Source of the DNA: Gemmatales bacterium
GTDB taxonomy: Bacteria > Planctomycetota > Planctomycetia > Gemmatales > HRBIN36
NCBI GenBank assembly: GCA_041640595.1
Contig: JBEPZY010000002.1
Coordinates: forward strand, 604,407 to 668,406
Reading direction: 5' to 3'
Length of the DNA stretch: 64,000 bases
The position numbers and the translations under genes were made by a program. Of the stretch, positions 41,181-49,760 are shown piece after piece. How positions within the stretch are numbered: position 1 is the stretch's first letter; every line of letters begins with the position of its first letter. Below the pieces are notes generated by a model. It did no database searches and had not been told where the DNA came from. It worked only from the letters and a program-made list of their open reading frames with translations.

Positions 41181-41364
41181 TGGCGCTGCCGAGATTAATT
41201 TTTTTTATCGCCCGTAGCACGGGATGCCCGCATCCACTGCCCAGAGCTGATATTGGCGCTGCCGAAGATCAATTTCCGTCATCGGGCACCCCTGGGCAGT
41301 CGCAGCAGGGGGCGCACCGGTTTTAGTGTGGCGCTGCCGAGATCAATTTTCGTCGTCGGGCACC
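41181..41364. repeat. Three direct repeats (periods 73 and 75 bp) duplicating the 3' end of the sigma-54 activator gene
   Basis: Copies start at 41181, 41254 and 41329 with TGGCGCTGCCGA(A)GAT(C/T)AATTT; copies 2 and 3 match at 34 of 37 positions. Confidence 0.85.
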
Positions 41365-42413
41365 AGGCCGTATTCCAGCATTTTCTTGTGCAGTGTATTG
41401 CGGTTGATACCGAGGCGGGCGGCAGCTTTGATCTGCGTGTAGTGGCACTCGCGTAGTACCTGTTCGATCAGTTCGCGCTCCAGGCCGCCGACCAGCCGTT
41501 CGTAAAGTTTCCCGGAAGCATCATCGGCAAACTGCCGAAGCCCAGCACGAACCAGGCGGGAGATCAGTTCCGGAACCGACTCGCCGTGCGATCGCGGTGT
41601 ACGTAGCCGACGGGCCGTCTGCAGTTGCTCGCGAATCATCTCGGCAGTAATCCAGTCCTCCTGGCAAAGCACGACGGCCCGCTCGATGTCGTTTTCCAGT
41701 TCGCGGACGTTGCCGGGCCAGTTATGCTCGAGCAACAATTGCATGGCTTCCGGCTCGATTCCCTTGATCTCCTTCTGGTTTTCCTGGCAGTAACGGCGAA
41801 GGAAAAACTCCGCCAGAGCAGGAATGTCCTCCTTGCGTTCGCGCAACGGCGGTAAGTAAATGGGCACGACATTGAGCCGGTAGTAGAGATCGTCGCGGAA
41901 TCGTCCGGCCGAGACTTCTTCTTCCAGCGCGACATTGGTAGCAGCAATCACGCGTGTATCCACACGGATAGTGCGACTGTCGCCGACCCGCTCGAATTCC
42001 TGCTCCTGCAAAACGCGCAGGAGTTTGACCTGCAGTTTCGGACTCATGCTGGCGATTTCGTCGAGGAAGATAGTGCCGGTGTGCGCCGCTTCGAATCGTC
42101 CGGTCTTGTTATCCACGGCACCGGTAAAGGCACCTTTGACGTGTCCGAAGAGTTCGCTCTCCAGCAGCGTCTCGGTCAGGGCACCACAGTTGACGCGGAT
42201 GTAGGGGCCATCGGCACGCGGACTGAGTTGATGAATGGCGCGGGCGATTAACTCTTTGCCGGTGCCGGTTTCGCCCACGAGCAAAACAGTGGCTCGCGTC
42301 GGGGCCACCAGCCGCACCAACCGATACACCGCCCGCATCGCGGGACTGGTGCCGACAATTCCCGGTAATGGTGCATCAAGCGGTTCATGTTCGGGAAGAC
42401 GTTGAAAGTTCAT
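41343..42413 (-). CDS. Sigma-54 enhancer-binding protein (AAA+ and Fis HTH) with no N-terminal regulatory domain
   Basis: [50 protein letters not shown]; the AAA domain starts about 18 aa after Met. Confidence 0.94.
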   Translation of the reverse strand: MNFQRLPEHEPLDAPLPGIVGTSPAMRAVYRLVRLVAPTRATVLLVGETGTGKELIARAIHQLSPRADGPYIRVNCGALTETLLESELFGHVKGAFTGAVDNKTGRFEAAHTGTIFLDEIASMSPKLQVKLLRVLQEQEFERVGDSRTIRVDTRVIAATNVALEEEVSAGRFRDDLYYRLNVVPIYLPPLRERKEDIPALAEFFLRRYCQENQKEIKGIEPEAMQLLLEHNWPGNVRELENDIERAVVLCQEDWITAEMIREQLQTARRLRTPRSHGESVPELISRLVRAGLRQFADDASGKLYERLVGGLERELIEQVLRECHYTQIKAAARLGINRNTLHKKMLEYGLVPDDEN

Positions 42414-42547
42414 GAATGCGCCACCTGCACAGATTTTGCCTGAACCCGTATAAGCCACAGCAGTTGCGTACCGGAAGGGGTTTCCGCCAGCCTGCCGCGC
42501 TGCAATGCTCATTGTATGATAACGCAGAAATCTCGGAGGAACTGGCG

Positions 42548-43855
42548 GTGAGCCGGACGAACACGCGAACTGGCCAACCGGGTCGGCAGTGGGATAAAGT
42601 TTACGTCATCGGTGTGGGCGCGGATGGCTGGGGCGGATTGACCGCTCATGCCCGGCAACTGCTGGAGGAAGCGGAAGTCATCCTGGGTTCGGATAACGTT
42701 TTGCCCCTGTTGCCGAAACTGCCCGGCGAGACCATCGCGGTCGGCAACGATCCGGCCCAGCTGGTGCAGCTGGTGCAGCAGAATCTCCATCGCCGCACGG
42801 TAGTGCTGGCCAGTGGCGACCCGCTGTTTTATGGCGTGGCCAGGTATCTGTGCGATCGGCTTGGCAGAGACCGCTTCGAGATCGTTCCCCATGTCAGCAC
42901 CATGCAGCTGGCATTCGCCCGCATCAAGGAAAGCTGGGAGGACGCCTACCTGACCAATCTGGCAACCCATCCGCTGGAAGAAGTGCTCGAACGCATCCGC
43001 ACCGCCGAAACCGTGGGATTGTTCACCACGGAAAAATACCACCCCGCTGCCATTGCCCAGGCGCTTTTGGAACGGGGACTGGATTATTTCACCGCTGCCG
43101 TTTGCGAGAACCTGGGCATGCCGAACGAACGAGTTACCCAGGGGGAGCTGTCCGAGATTGCGGAAATGGAGTTCGCCCCGCTCAATGTGATGATTCTGAA
43201 ACGCAAAGCTGGGCTGCCCGAAGCAGCTCGGCCAGTGGGCCGCTTTCGCCGATTTGGTAATCCCGAAGATGCCTTTGCCCAGAACCAGCCCAAGTCGGCT
43301 CTCATCACGCGGGCCGAAGTACGCGCTATTGCTCTGGCCTGGCTTGACATTCGACCGACCAGCACCGTCTGGGACATCGGAGCCGGTTCCGGTTCGGTCT
43401 CGATCGAGGCTGCTCAACTGGCCGAGCATGGCCTCGTTTTTGCGATTGAACAAGACGCAGCCGACTACCATCTCATTCTCGCCAATTGCGAGCGGTTTGG
43501 TGTCAAAAATGTGCGGGCTATCCACGGCACGGCTCCCGCAGTTTTTCGTGAATTGCCGCGACCGGATGCCATTTTCATCGGCGGCACCGGCACGGAAGTC
43601 ACGCGGCTGCTGGAATCGGCCTGGGAGGCACTTTTACCGGGCGGCAGAATGATCATCAACGTCGCCACCGTGGAACATTTTGCCCGCATGTACGAAACCC
43701 TGCGCCGGCTTGCCTCCACCATAGAAGTGCGGCTGATTCAGATCGCTCGCGGCGTGGAACAATTCGACCAGCTTCGTTTCGATGCCGACAATCCTTCTTT
43801 CCTGCTGGGAACGACCAAACCGCTCAGCCCACCTCCGGCTGAAGTGGTTATTTAG
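42548..43855 (+). CDS. cbiET: Bifunctional precorrin-6Y C5,15-methyltransferase (CbiE/CbiT fusion)
   Basis: [55 protein letters not shown] before GTG. Confidence 0.92.
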   Translation: MSRTNTRTGQPGRQWDKVYVIGVGADGWGGLTAHARQLLEEAEVILGSDNVLPLLPKLPGETIAVGNDPAQLVQLVQQNLHRRTVVLASGDPLFYGVARYLCDRLGRDRFEIVPHVSTMQLAFARIKESWEDAYLTNLATHPLEEVLERIRTAETVGLFTTEKYHPAAIAQALLERGLDYFTAAVCENLGMPNERVTQGELSEIAEMEFAPLNVMILKRKAGLPEAARPVGRFRRFGNPEDAFAQNQPKSALITRAEVRAIALAWLDIRPTSTVWDIGAGSGSVSIEAAQLAEHGLVFAIEQDAADYHLILANCERFGVKNVRAIHGTAPAVFRELPRPDAIFIGGTGTEVTRLLESAWEALLPGGRMIINVATVEHFARMYETLRRLASTIEVRLIQIARGVEQFDQLRFDADNPSFLLGTTKPLSPPPAEVVI

Positions 43856-43866
43856 GAGCCTCGCTT

Positions 43867-44271
43867 ATGAAGCAGCATTCCCCACGATTTCTGCAGCTGG
43901 TACAGCAAGCCCGCCAGCGTATCCGCGAACTGACGGTCCAGCAGGTGTGGGAGAAGTTGTGTGCTGGCCAGCGCTTCTTCCTGATTGATGTCCGAGAAGA
44001 AAGCGAGTATGCCCGCGACCATCTACCCGGAGCCATCCACCTCAGCAAAGGGATCATTGAACGCGACATCGAGAAACTTATTCCCGATTGCACGGCGGAA
44101 ATTGTGCTGTATTGCGGCGGCGGTTATCGCTCGGCCCTGGCTGCCGACAATTTGCAGAAAATGGGCTACTGCAACGTCTGGTCCATGTGGGGCGGGTATC
44201 GGGGCTGGAAGGAAGCCGGTTTGCCTCTTGAATCCAGCTGCGGCAGCTCCGTTTCCACCGGTTCGACTTGA
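43867..44271 (+). CDS. Rhodanese-like sulfurtransferase
   Basis: LIDVREESEY, HLPGA, LYCGGGYRSALAA, GGYRGW. Confidence 0.92.
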   Translation: MKQHSPRFLQLVQQARQRIRELTVQQVWEKLCAGQRFFLIDVREESEYARDHLPGAIHLSKGIIERDIEKLIPDCTAEIVLYCGGGYRSALAADNLQKMGYCNVWSMWGGYRGWKEAGLPLESSCGSSVSTGST

Positions 44272-44607
44272 GCCAGACCGTAGGCTGCCGGGAGCAGCCA
44301 GCGTCCTTGGTCGCCGCTGCGTGGTCAGAAAAAGCGTCCGACGGCACGCACTGGCTCGCCGCGATTATGTCGGTATTTTTGGCGGTGCCCGGCCAAATTG
44401 TAAAAGATTGCGTTGCCGCAGGGGGCTTGCGCGAGGCTCAGCTCAGGGCAAACGCAAGATTGTATGGCCGATCTGTGCAAGACTGCACCGCTGCGGGTTC
44501 GGACATGCGGGGCGCCGGTATCGGTAACCAGGATTCGGCACGGAAAGCCGACGCCCAATCGTTGCGAAGGAGTAGTTGGCGGATTGGCGACAAATCAGTT
44601 GCGCCGG

Positions 44608-45510
44608 TTACGCTGTCAGAAGCAAACGGTGCACGGCCTGGCGGCGCCAGTTGCCGAGTTCGATGGCCAGTCGGCGGGCTTCCTCCATTTGCACTGCTTC
44701 AAAGCGCACCTGTTGTCCCGGACGGAGTTGGCCCAGCAGGTCCCAGTCGGCCTGGATAACATGAGCCACGCGAGGATAACCGCCAATCGTCTGGCTATCC
44801 ACGCCGAGCACCAGCAGTTCGCCGGCAACCGTCGCCTGCACCGTTCCCGGGCAGACTGGCTGCGACGGCAGATCGTGCGGCAACTCCCAGCCCACCTCGG
44901 CATGCAAGCGAACGCCCATGCGATTGGATTGACGCCCAACCGTCCAGGTTTTGGCGAGAATGGTGGCGCCCACTTCCGGCCAGAATGGCCCGGGCAGAAC
45001 GCGGAGTCGGACGAGAGTCTCATTCCAGGCGCAGGCATGCGGCACAGGTTCGAGCCAGCGTCGCCGTTTCACTCGCCGCGATTCGCACGGCAACACTTGC
45101 CCACGTTGCAAGGGCTGAAAGCCACTCCGACTGCCCAGACGTTCAGGCACCAGCAACCCACCTGCCACCGCCAAATATCCACGCACTCCAGCCCTGGCCG
45201 GGCCGATCTCCAGTACCTGATCGGGGCGTAATAACCAGACCGTGCCCGGCGACACTTCCCGGCCATCTATCCGTAGCGGAAACGGTGCCCCGTAAAAAGC
45301 GCAGTAAAGTTCGCTGGTAGCGCGAAGCACCGGGCCGGCCAGAGTTACTTCCAGAGCACAGGCGTTCTCATTCCCGACCAGCGCATTCGCCAGGGCCCAA
45401 CAGGTGCGGTCGGCCGGGCCACTTTGCGGTATCCCCAGATGACGCCAGCCAGGCCGTCCGCTATCCACCAGCAGGTCATACACGCCGGCCTTTTCGACGA
45501 TCAGACCCAT
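44608..45510 (-). CDS. pxpC: 5-oxoprolinase subunit C / allophanate hydrolase subunit 2 family
   Basis: DSGRPG, ANALVGN, RGYLAVAGG, SNRMGVRL, QTIGGYP. Confidence 0.87.
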   Translation of the reverse strand: MGLIVEKAGVYDLLVDSGRPGWRHLGIPQSGPADRTCWALANALVGNENACALEVTLAGPVLRATSELYCAFYGAPFPLRIDGREVSPGTVWLLRPDQVLEIGPARAGVRGYLAVAGGLLVPERLGSRSGFQPLQRGQVLPCESRRVKRRRWLEPVPHACAWNETLVRLRVLPGPFWPEVGATILAKTWTVGRQSNRMGVRLHAEVGWELPHDLPSQPVCPGTVQATVAGELLVLGVDSQTIGGYPRVAHVIQADWDLLGQLRPGQQVRFEAVQMEEARRLAIELGNWRRQAVHRLLLTA

Positions 45511-45646
45511 GGCCAATAGCGTCGCAGTGACGCTGAACTCCTGGACAATTTCCACCTCATGCACCGATCACCGGCCACTGACCGCGCGGCAATCATTGTG
45601 CGCTGGAGCAAGTCGCGATCGCAACCCCATCAGCCTATGCGACCTT

Positions 45647-46366
45647 TCAGGAGCGGGCCGGCATTGTCCTGAACCACGGCGCGATTTCCAGCCCATGCCG
45701 CGCCAATTCTTCTCGTAACGAGCGGGTAAAGTCCACCACGCCGGGACGGTCACCGTGCACACATACGGTTTCGATTCCCTGCTGCTCGACCAGACGCAGA
45801 ATCTGCTGCACCGCTTCGGTCGGGTCTGTGACAAACGCTTCCGGGCGGGATCGGGGCACCAGAGAACCATCGGGTGAATAGCGACGGTCGGCAAATCCTT
45901 CTCGCACAAAGCGTACTCCCTGACGCCGGGCACATTTTTCCAGTTGCGAACCGGGCAATGCGACGATTGGCCAATCATGCTGTCTGGCGAATGCGGCGAG
46001 CAGTTCCGCCAGCGCTTCCTCGCGGCAAGCCTGATTGTAAAGGGCACCATGCGGTTTGAGATAGACCACGGCAACGCCTGCTGCTTCCGCCAGGGCACGC
46101 AACCCGGCAATCTGAAACAGCAATTCGGCCCGTAATTGTTCCGCACTCAGCGTCAGTTCCCGCCGGCCAAAATGTTCGCGATCGAAGTAACCGGGGTGGG
46201 CACCGATTACCACGCCGTATTGCCGTGCCAGTTGCAACGTCTGCCAGATGTCGCCAGGCGAACCGGCATGTCCAGCACACGCCACGTTCGCCGAAGTGAC
46301 CAGCGGCAACAATTCTGCCTCATTGCCGATCCCCTCAGCCACATCGGCATTCAGGTCTATGCGCAT
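45647..46366 (-). CDS. pxpA: 5-oxoprolinase subunit A (LamB/YcsF family)
   Basis: IDLNAD, SANVACAGHAG, GAHPGY, KPHGALYN, EGFADRRY, CVHGD. Confidence 0.93.
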   Translation of the reverse strand: MRIDLNADVAEGIGNEAELLPLVTSANVACAGHAGSPGDIWQTLQLARQYGVVIGAHPGYFDREHFGRRELTLSAEQLRAELLFQIAGLRALAEAAGVAVVYLKPHGALYNQACREEALAELLAAFARQHDWPIVALPGSQLEKCARRQGVRFVREGFADRRYSPDGSLVPRSRPEAFVTDPTEAVQQILRLVEQQGIETVCVHGDRPGVVDFTRSLREELARHGLEIAPWFRTMPARS

Positions 46367-46507
46367 CACCTGCCTCCGAACAAACATGCTCGTTTCCGGT
46401 CATTCTGTCGGAGTCATTGTAAAAGCGTGAGGTGACATCCGGCTGGCGACCACTAATTGCCCTCAGGCCGAGTCGCGGGACGTGGTCCGGTAACCTCGCA
46501 GGCCAGC

Positions 46508-46576
46508 AAAAAACATCCGGGAAGCGGCGGATTCCCAGGGGGGCCAGGAAACCCGAATAACCCGCTCCCGGATGTT
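46508..46576 (-). terminator. Long hairpin + T6 about 140 bp upstream of pxpA
   Basis: AACATCCGGGAGCGG...CGGGTTTCC/GGGAATCCG...CCGCTTCCCGGATGTTTTTT on the minus strand. Confidence 0.6.
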
Positions 46577-46804
46577 GTGCTGAGAAGATGAGGCAATACC
46601 TGTGGTTACGGCGGCTATGGTTCCACCGGTGGAGTGATGCCGCGGTATGCGACGACGGCAAAATGCTGCAAGAATTGCCGAGCCCGAAGGGTGATCGTTT
46701 GCGATTCCGATTAGATCACAGCAAGCACAGGCTTGCGAAAATGCGTTGACCACCTGGCAGCGACGAAAGATGGATATGAGCGCTGGTCTTTCGTCCTGAT
46801 GCGT

Positions 46805-46874
46805 ATGATAGCAACGAGGCGGGATTCGTCAAGCAAATTCCCGGCTTGCCTGGGCGAAGCGGGTGGCCTACAAT
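46805..46874. promoter_or_regulatory. Back-to-back sigma70-like promoters
   Basis: Plus strand: TTGCCT-N17-TACAAT (46846-46874) before the tRNA. Minus strand: TTGACG-N16-TATCAT with TG extension (46832-46805). Confidence 0.55.
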
Positions 46875-46914
46875 GGATGACCCCTCGCTCGTACCGGGCA
46901 TTGCTGGACGAGAC

Positions 46915-47001
46915 GGAGGGGTGGCAGAGCGGCCGATTGCGCCGGTCTTGAAAACCGGTAGGCGGGCAACCGCCTCGTGGGTTCGAATCCCACCCCCTCC
47001 G
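46915..47001 (+). tRNA. tRNA-Ser (TGA)
   Basis: Acceptor stem GGAGGGG/CCCCTCC, anticodon arm CCGGT-CTTGAAA-ACCGG, long variable arm, T-loop GGTTCGAATCC; CCA not encoded. Confidence 0.97.
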
Positions 47002-47224
47002 CTGTACGGGGCCGGTTGGTTCGGACTGGCTCCGCGGCGATACGCAGCTGGCTATGCCTGGCCGGGCTGCGTTTTCGGCTGGCACCTCCGTCGGCTCCGA
47101 TAAACGCTCGTTGGCCGGCTTTTCCCTGCTACGAGACTCTGCCGCAATTGGCCTGAACACGCTGTCGGTCAGCGTGTCTGCCGGGACTATTTTCGCTATA
47201 TGCCACGATGCTTCGGGAGATCGC

Positions 47225-49324
47225 ATGCTCCACACGCTTCGTAACCTGGGAATCATTGCCCACGTGGACGCCGGGAAAACCACGCTCACCGAGCGTCTGC
47301 TTTACCTGAGCGGTGCCAAGCACCGTGCCGGAGATGTTGACGAAGGCACGACCACTACCGATTACGATCCGCTGGAACGGGAGAAAGGCATCACCATCCA
47401 GAGCGCAGCGGTCACGCTGGTCTGGGCGGGTCATCGGCTTACCATCATTGACACGCCGGGACACGTGGACTTTACGGCAGAAGTCGAACGGTCGCTGCGA
47501 GTGCTGGACGGAGCGGTCGGCGTGTTCTGCGCGGTGGGTGGCGTCGAGGTGCAGAGCGAAACCGTCTGGCGCCAGGCCGACCGCCACGCCGTGCCTCGCA
47601 TCGCTTTTGTCAATAAGCTCGACCGCGTTGGTGCGGATTTCTGGAACGTTGTCGAGGAGCTCGAACGCAAACTCCAGGTTCATCCGGCCGTGTGTGCCAT
47701 TCCGGCTGGACAGGGGAGCGAGTTTCAGGGCATCATTGATCTGGTCGAAATGCAATTCTGGCCAGCCGACTGCGACGCTGCCCAACCGCAATCCCGACCG
47801 ATTCCTGAAGCGTTCCGTGAGGAAGCAGAGTTAGCCCGGGAGCGATTGCTGGAGACCGCTTCGCACAGTTGCGACGAACTGCTGACGTGTCTGGTGGAAA
47901 ATCAACCGGTGGCGGCGGAGTTATTGCGGCAGGCCATTCGTCGGGGAACACTGGCGGGACGATTCGTCCCGGTGCTGTGCGGTAGTGCACTGCGGTTTCA
48001 GGGCGTGCATTTGTTGCTGGATGCGATTGTGCACTATTTACCTTCGCCGCTGGATCGTCCGCCGGTGGTAGCGCGGAGGCTGCCCGATCGGCAAGAAATC
48101 CGCTGTCCTGCAGATGTGAGCGGCCCCGTTACGGCCCTGGCGTTCAAAACGGTGAGCGAAAGCCACGGCGACTTTGTGTTCGTGCGAGTTTACGCCGGTC
48201 AAATCCGGCCGGGGATGACCCTGTACAACGTAACCAGGCAGAAGCCCGAACGTGTCAGCCACATTTACCAGGTCATGGGGGCCAGGCGTGAAAAGCGTGA
48301 GTCGGCCCAGGCGGGCGAGATTGTGGCGTTAGTCGGTCTCAAATATACCGCAACCGGGCACACCCTTTGCGACGCCGATCGGCCAGTCGTGCTGGAGGAA
48401 ATCCGTTTTCCCGAACCGGTGATCAGCCAAGCCTTGCTGCCCGGCAAGAATACCGATGAAGGCAAGCTGGCCGATGCTTTGAGCCGACTGGTTCGCGACG
48501 ATCCGACCCTGCGCGCCCGCACCGATCCGGAAACCGGGGAGTTGATTCTGAGCGGTATGGGCGAATTGCATTTGGAGGTGGCCATCCACAAACTGCGCCG
48601 CGATTTCCAGCTCGATTTGCAGGTAGGCAAACCCATGGTGGCGTATCGTCAGACCCTGGCACGGGCTGTCGAACTGGAACACCGGCACATCAAACAGCGA
48701 GGTGGACGCGGTCAGTATGCCGTGATAGTGCTCCGTTTAGAACCCCTTTCGCCGGAAGAACGGCAAAGTTTGGCCGAGGAAAAAATTGCCTGTGGCGAGA
48801 CACCCGATCCGATGGGCCTGTATTTCGAGGAGCAGATTATCGGCGGGGCAGTGCCAAACGAATACATTCCGGCCGTGGAAGAAGGATTTCGTCAGGCCGC
48901 CCGCCGCGGTGCGCATTGGCCTTTCCCCTTCGTGGACATTCGCTGCGTTTTACTCGATGGCAAGCATCACGAGGTGGACAGCTCCTATCTGGCGTTTCAA
49001 CTCGCCACTCAGGAGGCATTTGCAGAAGCAGTGCGGCAAGCCGGCGTGGTCCTGCTCGAACCCATCATGCGGGTGCACGTGTTTGCCCCGGACAGATATC
49101 TGGGCGATCTAAACCGCGACGTGTCCCGACGCCGTGGCGAGATTCTCCACACGCATCTGGAGCGCGACCGCTGCCATGTGGAGGCCTTGATTCCGCTGGC
49201 CAATCTGTTCGGCTATGCCAGCGACTTGCGCAACTTTACCAGCGGCACCGCTACGTTCACCATGGAACCCAGCCATTATGCTCCGGTCAACGAGGCCCTG
49301 GCAGACCTCCGCGTGCCTCGCTGA
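47225..49324 (+). CDS. fusA: Elongation factor G (stand-alone paralogue)
   Basis: AHVDAGKTT, EKGITI, DTPGHVDF, NKLD, GMGELHL, HEVDSS, LLEPIM; not next to rpsL/rpsG/tuf. Confidence 0.9.
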   Translation: MLHTLRNLGIIAHVDAGKTTLTERLLYLSGAKHRAGDVDEGTTTTDYDPLEREKGITIQSAAVTLVWAGHRLTIIDTPGHVDFTAEVERSLRVLDGAVGVFCAVGGVEVQSETVWRQADRHAVPRIAFVNKLDRVGADFWNVVEELERKLQVHPAVCAIPAGQGSEFQGIIDLVEMQFWPADCDAAQPQSRPIPEAFREEAELARERLLETASHSCDELLTCLVENQPVAAELLRQAIRRGTLAGRFVPVLCGSALRFQGVHLLLDAIVHYLPSPLDRPPVVARRLPDRQEIRCPADVSGPVTALAFKTVSESHGDFVFVRVYAGQIRPGMTLYNVTRQKPERVSHIYQVMGARREKRESAQAGEIVALVGLKYTATGHTLCDADRPVVLEEIRFPEPVISQALLPGKNTDEGKLADALSRLVRDDPTLRARTDPETGELILSGMGELHLEVAIHKLRRDFQLDLQVGKPMVAYRQTLARAVELEHRHIKQRGGRGQYAVIVLRLEPLSPEERQSLAEEKIACGETPDPMGLYFEEQIIGGAVPNEYIPAVEEGFRQAARRGAHWPFPFVDIRCVLLDGKHHEVDSSYLAFQLATQEAFAEAVRQAGVVLLEPIMRVHVFAPDRYLGDLNRDVSRRRGEILHTHLERDRCHVEALIPLANLFGYASDLRNFTSGTATFTMEPSHYAPVNEALADLRVPR

Positions 49325-49585
49325 TTCCGAAGCCGGCACACAGACTTCTTCCTTTCGCACCCGATTCACGGAGTTTCGCTTGGCACGCTGATTCCGAAAT
49401 TCAAGCGTTCGGGAAGTGCGCCAGGCAAGGATTCGCAGTCGCGGCCAGGCAAGCGGCTGTGCACCAGCGTGCCAGCAGAGGTGGGCCAGACAGTTGGCCA
49501 CGACGCCAGCAGACTGATCTTCCCGCGAGCAAGCCAGCCTGCTTACCACCAGTGCCACCCCGATGGCTTACTCTGAGTTGCTGAA

Positions 49586-49716
49586 GTTAACTAGCGGGCG
49601 AGTGTTCGCATTGCGGTACTGGCCATCGGTTAACAGTGCCGCGAGTGTTGCACCAGCATTTGAAGCATCGCCACTGCCGAGCGACGACTCTTCTGGTTGG
49701 CAGTGCTGCGAGTGTC
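49586..49716. repeat. Three degenerate 21-bp direct repeats
   Basis: GTTAACTAGCGGGCGAGTGTT (49586), GTTAACAGTGCCGCGAGTGTT (49629), GTTGGCAGTGCTGCGAGTGTC (49696). Confidence 0.5.
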
Positions 49717-49760
49717 AGGTCAGTGTCAACGGTGCCGCGATCCTCGCCCCTGACTGGGCC

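Noticed and set aside
42390..42500. Possible cobalamin riboswitch upstream of cbiET (GGGAAG..TGAAA, GCCACAG, GGAAG, GCCAGCCTGCC)
   Set aside because: Only scattered word matches; expected stems do not pair, the 5' part overlaps the divergent gene, and a -10-like TGTATGAT lies downstream. An Rfam cobalamin scan would settle it
47001..47224. Integrated element at tRNA-Ser
   Set aside because: No integrase and no duplicated tRNA 3' end seen; a housekeeping-type gene follows
49380..49397. Sigma-54 promoter-like TTGGCACGCTGATTCC (also TGGCAACGGCCTTGT at 54323)
   Set aside because: Both lack the invariant -12 GC; the first has no downstream gene and the second lies inside a better sigma70 match
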